Position numbers and translations under genes: made by a program | The notes under the pieces: model-generated | The model's input: only the letters and a program-made list of their open reading frames with translations | What the model was told of the DNA's origin: nothing | Databases searched by the model: none | NCBI GenBank assembly: GCA_000165425.1 | Contig: CT868001.1 | Span: 1-64,000 of the forward strand | DNA length: 64,000 nt | DNA from: Paramecium tetraurelia | Taxonomy: Eukaryota | Reading direction: 5' to 3' | Part shown: piece by piece, positions 55,683 through 64,000 of the stretch | Numbering within the stretch: position 1 is the first letter of the stretch | Layout: each line of letters starts with the position of its first letter

Positions 55683-56250
55683 TCAATTATTAAGACACAA
55701 AATTTTTAAGATTTTAATTACGTGATCTTAGCTTCATTTTTTACATAAATATAGAACCTAATATCTTCTAAATTCAGATACATAAAGCACTTAATTGAAC
55801 ACTCAAATCATATCTTATTATTGTTATATAATCTATCAAAATTGATCAAGAGAAGAATAAGAATTATATCACTAAAGATATAGCAAGTATATAATTCAAT
55901 AATCTTTGCTTAGTGATTAACCAAGTTTAAGTACAAGATCTGAGATTGTGAAATACAAAGGAAAGCATAGATTCTATTTTAATTAATTCTCATTCTTTAT
56001 TTTTGTATAGAAATTCGACTATCAATGGTAACTCTGAGTTCTACATCAATCATAATGTGAATTGCTTTTAGACATAGTTTCCTCATTAGTTGCTCTTTTG
56101 TTTGGAGAGGCTTCTACTAGAAATGTGCTGACTCGTCAATATCTATAAATGAATTAAATTTGAACAGATTTCAACATAATTTTTTAAATTAATTTATATT
56201 ATTATTTAATACAATAGATTTATATAAGCATATATTAGTGATTCAATATT

Positions 56251-57747
56251 TCAAGTGAAATTAGAAAAGAGTGTTCTTTGTGATTGGGTTGAAAATAGAT
56301 TCTTTCCTGGGGATGTCAAAGGAGATGAGGCATTACTTAATGACTAGCGGCTATTTTTGAATGTGATTCTAAATTTTTATCTTCTCTGATATTGTTTTGA
56401 AGGAGCAGGCAATTAATTAATGGGACAAGGGATTAGTTTTAGATTCTCAATTGTCTTAGGAGGTAGACTTTATTTGATGGTTAATTTGATTGAAGAGTTC
56501 CTCCTCTCTGATTCTAAGTTAGTAATTTTGAGTTTATGTAATCCTTTGAACACAGGATGCCAAATTGCCTAAGATGAGTTGATTCGTTTCTGTGGATTGA
56601 TTTCTAGCATCTACTTCAAGAGATCAAGTGCATCAGGTGATGTATCAATGATAGAGAAATCGATTTGGCCATGGTAATTGAGAAAAATCCTTTCATCATA
56701 ACTTTTGGTTGGGAAGGGGGAAATACCTCCAGAGAGCATAGTATAGAAGATGACACCTAAACTGTAGACGTCGACCTTAAAATCATAACTTTTGTCTTAT
56801 AGAATTTCTGGAGCCACATAACCAGGAGTGCCACAACGTGTAAATAAATATTTAACGTCTCTCCTAAAGAAATCTGCAAGACTAAAGTCACTGATATACA
56901 CATTGTACGGTGCCAAAGGGTTCTTCACTAAGATGTTTTCTGGCTTTAGATTTCTATGTAGAACACACTGCTCATGAATGTAACTGATTGAATTGAGCAA
57001 TCGGAACATTATCTTAACAGCTGATTATTCAGGTATCTGATATTTCTTTATCAAATCTGTTAAAGTGCCTCCTTCAAATGAATCATACACTATTAGGAAT
57101 TCTTGTTCATTTTCAAAGACTTCTATCAAATTTACCACTCCAGGATGATTCATCAATCTAAAGATTTGAATCTCCTTTTTGATTGCATCAATATCGGATT
57201 ATTTTGTTAATATTTATTTCTCATATACTTTCACAGTATAATTTGTTTATTCGAAGATATTAATTGCATCGTATACCTATTTTATTATTATAAATTGATA
57301 CCTTGTATGTTGATCCTCTGTTGAGCAAATTCAGCAACTCATACTTATTGCTGAATTCAGTTTGATAACAATATTTTTTTAGTGATTCAAACCAATCGAG
57401 AATTTGGGACCCGAATATCAGAAACTTAAAGGTTGACTTGGAAAAGGATAGCCCGTGTCCAATGTGACTGTTTTCGACTATCGATACGATGCAATCTGTA
57501 ACATCTACTATCATATATCCAGTCTAAAATCAAATATACCTCATACTTGATTCTTCTTCTTCTTAAAGATTAGGCTCTTCAACTTGGCTATCTCTATAAC
57601 TTTGAACGTTTTCTTCTTTTCAGAATACACGTTGAATTTATCGAAGCCGATGTTAGGAGGTAAGTTTGATATGTTTTTAAATTACCAAAAGGAACTCACC
57701 TTTCTATCAATTTTTATTGGATCAATATCTTTCTAAGGAGATTTCAT
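56251..57747 (-). CDS. pseudokinase relative of the adjacent kinase
   Basis: Same architecture but LLNRGSTYK (Gly loop eroded), HRNLKPEN, DFS; CGTPGYVAPE retained. Confidence 0.85.
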
Positions 57748-58313
57748 TTTATAAAATATACTAATTATCAATAATAAACTCCAATAGAGATGCTATTTAT
57801 GATCAACATCTAGAGGAAAAATTCCATTTAATAATATTTTATTAAATCTTTAAAGATAGCAACTCGTTCACAACAGTCAATACTTTGAGTAATTAGAAAC
57901 TACTACTTTAATTTATTCAAGATAGGATTATCCTATTTCATTATATTGATTGATAATGAATCAATGTAATTATATCAGATAAAGATTAATATAAGTTAAT
58001 ATGTATCTAATTATAATAGCAATTAAAACCATTTGAGAGTAAAGTAAATACTAGATTCTAAATTATAAAAAGGATTAATGTATAATTTTCCATCTTTGGA
58101 GATATAACTTTTGATAAGAATAAAAAAATAGATATAGAATGGATTGAATAATTTTGAAATTCAAATTGTAATTTAAGTAGTCTATACATTTACATCAATT
58201 TATTCATAACAAACAGCTAGGTGATTGTTTAAATTGATAATCAGGTAAATTATATATTCATTTATATTGTAATTTGAATGATAACTATAAATATAGAAAT
58301 TAATTATAAAATT

Positions 58314-60065
58314 ATGAATAATCAATAGAGAATAAAAGTGAGTGTTTACAGTTATAATCCAAATGACTTGATTGGATCAGGATACAGAAGTCAAGTCTTC
58401 AAAGGTCAGAATGATATCAATGGAGAGGTCGTTGCAATAAAAGTATGGAAATGCTTCAAATCAAGGTTTGTGATCATTCAAAAATACAACATGAAATAGA
58501 GAAACAGTTATTACAATAGGAAATCATTGCTTTATAAGTATTAGATTCTATCAACATTGTTAAAATGCATTTTTACACTCAAAATACTAATTTCACATTT
58601 ATCATAACTGAATACTGCAATTAGGGTATTACTTTTTTTAATTGGATAAAGGTGATTTAGCGGATCTGCTCGTTAAAAGAGCGTGCATCCCTGAGAATGA
58701 AGCAATCTTAATCTTTTATCAGATTTTAAATGGGTTCAAAGACCAAATCTCTAAGGGAGTCATTCACAGAGACCTAAAACCTTCAAATATTTTGATAAAC
58801 AAAGGCATTTTTAAGATTGCCGATTACGGGTTTTCGAAAATGGTTTATTCCAAAAACGAAAGAGTCTAATATAATGTGGGCACAACTCTCTATATGCCTC
58901 CTAAAGCCTTGACTGAAAACAAGTATTCAGAAAAGAGTGATGTCTGGAGTTTGGGAGTGATGTTCTATTAAATTCTTAATGGTAACGTCTTCCTTATTTT
59001 CTTAGGAAAGGTACCTTGGTAGGCAGGTACAGAATAAGAATTCATCAAAGTGATCACAACTACTCCTATTCATTTCTCGAAAAGCATCAATATTTCATCT
59101 GCAGCAAAAGATCTCATTGATAAATGCTTATAATTAGAGGAGAACAAGCGATACAATTGCAATCAATTACTAGAACATGAGTTATTCAAATAAGTGTAAG
59201 TTAGACCTTCGAGAAAGTCCATTTAATTGTTAGTCAATAATTATCAAATTGGAGATTTAGAAAAGAGAGCCAAAACTAGCAATTCTCAAGAACGATCGAA
59301 TCTTTCTTTTCAAAGCTGTAGGAACTCAAAAGCAATCAGATAAGAATTCATCAATTATGGAGATGCTGTAAACAATATACTAAATTTACTTAAATTGATT
59401 TTAAGAATAGCTAAAATTGTTGATCATTTTGATTTCTTAATTGAAGGAGGATTGAAAGAAAAATTATTGTACTTTACTATCAAACATGCCATTTTCAAAT
59501 CTAAACAACTCTTAACTATTTTAAATCAGAATCATTCCACAATAGATTAATCCAAGAAGAATGATTTAATAAATTAAAGTACTTTTATGTATGATACATT
59601 TAGAATTTCATTTCAAAAATTGGTAACCATATTCATTTTATCATTTAGTGGGACTCCATTCATCGAAATGAGACATTATGTAATGCAATACTTAAAGATA
59701 CTAAATTTGCAGCCGTATTTGACTAAAGTGAATTAGAATTTAATAGTCATTATATTTTAATGCTTCCTATATTAAGAAATTCCATTATTTCGCTATAGAA
59801 TTAATTGAACCTAAAATTGAATAATGTGAGAGAGCATGATTAATTAGATGGAGCAGAGGAAGGGGGCATACTGGTTCTAAAATATTTGGTAATATACTTG
59901 GAAATATGTATGTATATAGTCGAACATTTTAAAACTTCAATATTCTATTTGAATCAATTCAATTTAAAATTAGTGGTTGAAGAAAAGCCTACAAATTTGA
60001 CAAAGAAATAATTCCTGTAAATATGCTAAAGAATTAATTCTTTGATGCTCAAATACGTTGATTGA
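58314..60065 (+). CDS. Ser/Thr protein kinase (ULK/Atg1-like ciliate family)
   Basis: [42 protein letters not shown]; several short introns. Confidence 0.85.
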
Positions 60066-60229
60066 TATTTATATTATTTCACTATATTATTATTTAACAA
60101 AGTGATTATAAATTAAATTTAAGGATCCATCTACTATGTTTATTTTCTATTTATGCAGATATCTATCTAAATTCGAATTCCAATTAATAAGATTAACTAA
60201 TTTTACTACTATGTAAAATATTTAATTTT

Positions 60230-60649
60230 ATGCAATAAAACATTAAGGAAATTATTGCTCGATTAAATGATCAAAGAAAGACAATATAAATTCGTCGTAG
60301 AACTCTTAACAATGAAAACTCTCAGGCAATCTAAAGTGGAGATATCAAACGTAGATTATCTACTCTTGATCCTCCAACAATGAGTTTGCAAAACTTAGAA
60401 ATAGACTTGATGGGATAAGGGAAAAACAAAGAATTTAAGAAAATTACCAAGAAAAGAAATTAATTTTAAAATAATCAACGTCTAATGATGTTATATAGTA
60501 AAAAGATTACATACGTTGAAACTCATCAATCTATTCTACCATTGATTGATTTTTCATAATTTAATAATGATCCTCTACCAATAGTATATCCAAAACATGA
60601 CAAATTGGTTAAGTTTAAGAAGATAAATTCAAGAGTAATTGAATCGTGA
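60230..60649 (+). CDS. hypothetical protein (139 aa)
   Basis: Intronless table-6 ORF MQQNIKEIIARLNDQRK...RVIES-TGA. Confidence 0.55.
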
Positions 60650-61396
60650 TTCTGATTTTTTTATTGTTTTAAATACAAAAATAAATTGTAGTCCTTAACC
60701 CCATTAGCTTTCTGTCGTACATATTAGGGGAAAATTCCACCACTCTAAATATACTCCTGTCTTCGAACAACATATATGTAATATTATGATAATATCTTGA
60801 AATTAAATAAAAATTTATAAGTCACAATTTAGATTAGATATTCTATCATATTTTATAAATATATATAATAATAAAATAATTGCAAGAAAAATACAATAAG
60901 TACCCTTTTATATACAGTGTAATTAGTAATTATTGTTTTGTCATTTAAGAACATCATTTTTAGAAGAAGAAAATTACAGGTACATATAGTAAACTGAATA
61001 ATTTCTATTAATGTCTTGTGAATAGATATTATTTTAAGTTACATGGCTTTGAGTATAGGAGGTTTAAATATTAATTACTAACAATTTTGATTTATTTATT
61101 TTGAAATTGTAAATAAATATGCTACAACGAAGTCTTCGCTTGCCTAAAAAACTCAGTATAATATCCAACTAGTCTAACAAAATAAGTAATTCTATTATTG
61201 GCAATATTACTGTTGAGTTACTTATTATGTAATTTACCTTATGAAAAATGCAGTCGTACTATAACATCATTCTCCTGCAATTATAATTCTTAACTAGTAC
61301 TTAAATTTATTCTCATTTTATCCTGTTTTTTGTAATCATAATAAATACAATTTTTATTTATAGAGGTAAAACAATATTTATAAATTCATTTTGTTT

Positions 61397-61890
61397 ATGA
61401 ATTAAGTGATGAGTTAAATATTACAAAAGGAATTTAATGAGTGCAAGGAAATCCCTGATGGTATAATAGATTTAAAGATACTGAATGAGAATAGTTGGTA
61501 GATTGTAATAAAGGGTCCTAAGTTGAGCCCTTACGAAAAAGGGCAATTTTTCATCCTTGTGGAATTTCCAAAAGAATATCCAAACATTCCCCCAAAGTTT
61601 CGCATATTGAATAAAATATACCACATGAATGTGAATCAATAAGGTTGTATTGCTCTAAATACTTTGAAGAAGGAATGGTCTGAAAGTATTGGCGTAAAGA
61701 AAAGTAAATGAATATTTAAAACCTTTGAGTGCTTTTAGAGATTTTGAGTCTTTTTTAAAAGCCTAATCCCTAAAATCCGCTAAACCTCAAATTAGCCTAG
61801 TAATATTAAGAGGATTGCTCAGAGTATTATGAAAGGGCGTAGTAATGGACTTAATAATTTGCAACTTTTATTGATATTAAAATTGATTGA
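61397..61890 (+). CDS. ubiquitin-conjugating enzyme (E2) fold protein with the canonical Cys replaced (UEV-like)
   Basis: GPKLSPYEKGQF...FPKEYPNIPPK...KIYHMNVNQQGCIALNTLKKEWS...PNPQNPLN...AQQWTQQFA. Confidence 0.85.
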
Positions 61891-62079
61891 TAAATAATTA
61901 AATCAAGGATTACATATTCTTATTGTGAACAGAATTTGAAGTAGTATTTAGCGAGCTTGTAGAAGGCTTTGAGTTTCGTAATATTTATATTTTGAAATTT
62001 TCTCCTGGTTGATAAGGATGTTATAAATAAAAAGAAATATTGGGCATTTTAATTTTTTCGTGATTATATTATTAATTAT

Positions 62080-63464
62080 ATGATAAAGAAATTCAAGAAA
62101 CTATTTCAGAGTCAATCGGAGTTCCAAAGCTTTTTAACTAAATCAAGTTTGTCCAGAGATAATTTTGTATTTAAACAGGAGGATGTGGAAATTTTGATTC
62201 CGTTTCTAACTGATGAATAAAATATTATAGATTTTTTCAAGGTTTATTTAGATGGAAGTTTGCAAATATATACGGTGAAAATGAAGATGTTAATCACAAT
62301 CCACTAAGTATTGAACATTAGTGAGGAATTCGCCCAACACTTCTCAAAGATTAATTTTGCATATTTCAATAAGTAATGTAGATAGTAAAGTAGACCGATA
62401 TCAAAGCCTTAAACCTTTGTTTTCAAGTAAATACCAAATGAGGTGTGGCTGCTCGATAATATCCAGATTCCGTTCCTGCAATATCTGTAGAAGCTAGCAT
62501 TGAATGTCCAAGAAATAAAGGCCTATAGAAATAATAATCCCAGAAAGTAAATCCTGCAATCGAAGTAAGAGTCTGAAATTGATAGTAGTCTGGTGATAGA
62601 GTGTTTCAAATTGGAGAATCTGGTTAACCAAGGCTTATCGCTTGTTCCTCAACTGAAGACTGCCTTATCTAATTTCCCCCATGACTTTCTTCTCAAAAAA
62701 CTAGCCTGTAATCTTTATAGTGAATTGAGACAATTTCAAAGGCAATTGATAAACTCTCTTTCTGCCCTATTAGACACCAACTCCAGAGCCTCCAACATAG
62801 AGATATTCGAGTTCTTTAGAGAAGTAGGATTTGATTACTAATGTAGGTGTAAATGATAGAGAAGAAAACCATGTCTTATTATCTGTTGCATAAATTGTTT
62901 GATCCAGCCAGGAAGTTGATGCCACCTTTGCAGTTGAAGATCGATCTGAAGAGTGCGAAACATCTCGAACAACAGGCACAGCATGAACAGCAGAGGATTA
63001 CTCAATAGAGGTAATTGAGGAGTCAGAGAAATTCTCGATCCAATAGCACTGATCAGCAACAACCAGCATCTCAAGGGTTTATTAGTTAGAGAGAGAGACG
63101 ATTCATGATGTACAGCAGAGCCAAGAAACAGGATACAATACAGGAGGACATTGAGATGCCAACAGAAGAACAACAACCAGCATCTGAATAGAAGAAGAGT
63201 TGTTAGAATATGAAGATTGTTCAAGATGATGGAAATAATATACAAGAAATTAAAATTGAAAATATAGAAGTACAAAAAATTGATAATTTTGAATTAAATG
63301 AATATCCAAACCAATTTGTTGTCTCCCAAAATAATAGTTAAGTGGAACCACAGGAAAATGGCAATGAAATAAATGAAAAAATTAGTTAAAAAGAAACGAA
63401 TGATTTAGGTAAAAACTAAGAAAGTACTAGCTAAGCAGATCAAGAAGAAAATTAAGACATTTGA
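62080..63464 (+). CDS. ANTH/ENTH-like domain protein with acidic low-complexity tail
   Basis: VKMKMLITIHQVL resembles the ANTH KxLIxxHxxL helix; helical N-terminal half, E/Q/N-rich tail; TGA at 63462. Confidence 0.5.
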
Positions 63465-63737
63465 TTTATAACCTTATTACTAAAATTCATTAATTAGTAT
63501 TTCTTATATAATAATTAATTCAATAATTTGATATACATTTATTATAATGATACATAATATGATAAGTATTTTCATTAAAGTAATTTAAGATTCTATTCTC
63601 ATTTTGTACAATTACATTTTTAATTACGAAATTTACTAATTAAAGTTCACTTACTCCTTTACCTGTCTGTTCTTTAATATTAAATATAAATATCTTAATA
63701 ATTTCGAAATAATTATATTAATTTCTAAATATTCATA

Positions 63738-64000
63738 ATGAAATAATTATCGCAATCAGAACGAAAACACAAACCCAAATAAAAAAGCGAGCCTTCTCTC
63801 TTACCAAATATCGATATTCTTAAAGAGAATGTTAAATCGAGCTTTGCATTGGGACATTTGCGAGGTCTCTTGAAATACAATAAAGTGAAAGATGTACCAA
63901 AAACAGAAATCTAAGTGAAACGAGATCAGACATTTGGAGTGGCCAATAAGCAATCCAAGAATAAAAGATTAACCTTTCTTAAATTCGGTTTCAGAACACA
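63738..64000 (+). CDS. hypothetical protein, 5' partial
   Basis: ATG 63738, open in table 6 to window end. Confidence 0.55.

Noticed and set aside
55790..56177. Small minus-strand ORF between the two kinases
   Set aside because: ATG plus the apparent intron leads to an early TGA; unsupported
1..64000. Telomeric repeats, retained IESs, transposons, tRNA/rRNA genes
   Set aside because: No tandem G3T3/G4T2 tracts, transposase motifs or RNA-gene signatures seen; IESs cannot be called without a germline-somatic comparison

Overview
Eukaryotic, very AT-rich, gene-dense DNA that reads as a ciliate macronuclear chromosome segment, most likely Paramecium (inference). TAA/TAG encode Gln, TGA is the only stop (translation table 6), and genes are split by ~20-30 nt GT-AG introns, so the supplied standard-code ORF track is mostly fragments or antisense noise. 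I re-translated by hand in table 6 and find about 29 intact or partial genes plus several decaying pseudogenes. The left ~12 kb has three 150-N gaps and holds expanded-family genes: a Cys-rich multi-pass membrane protein, importin-alpha, a GGGSY/GKW repeat protein and a TPR protein. The rest holds Brr2, an EAF1-like HSA+SANT protein, GET4, a cyclin, two RBR-type E3s, an RSPH10B-like MORN protein, RPF2, a CNBD K+ channel, an SDR, three kinase-domain genes, an E2-fold gene and an ANTH-like gene. No prokaryotic-type system, CRISPR, RNA gene or transposon was found. The most notable signals: three apparent pseudo-enzymes (pseudokinase, Cys-less E2, RBR lacking its catalytic Cys), two of them near an intact relative; two distant secreted/surface proteins sharing an unnamed N-terminal motif and intron position; and repeat proteins built one repeat per exon. 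Coordinates are hand-derived (ATG to TGA, introns included) and may be off by a few bases.
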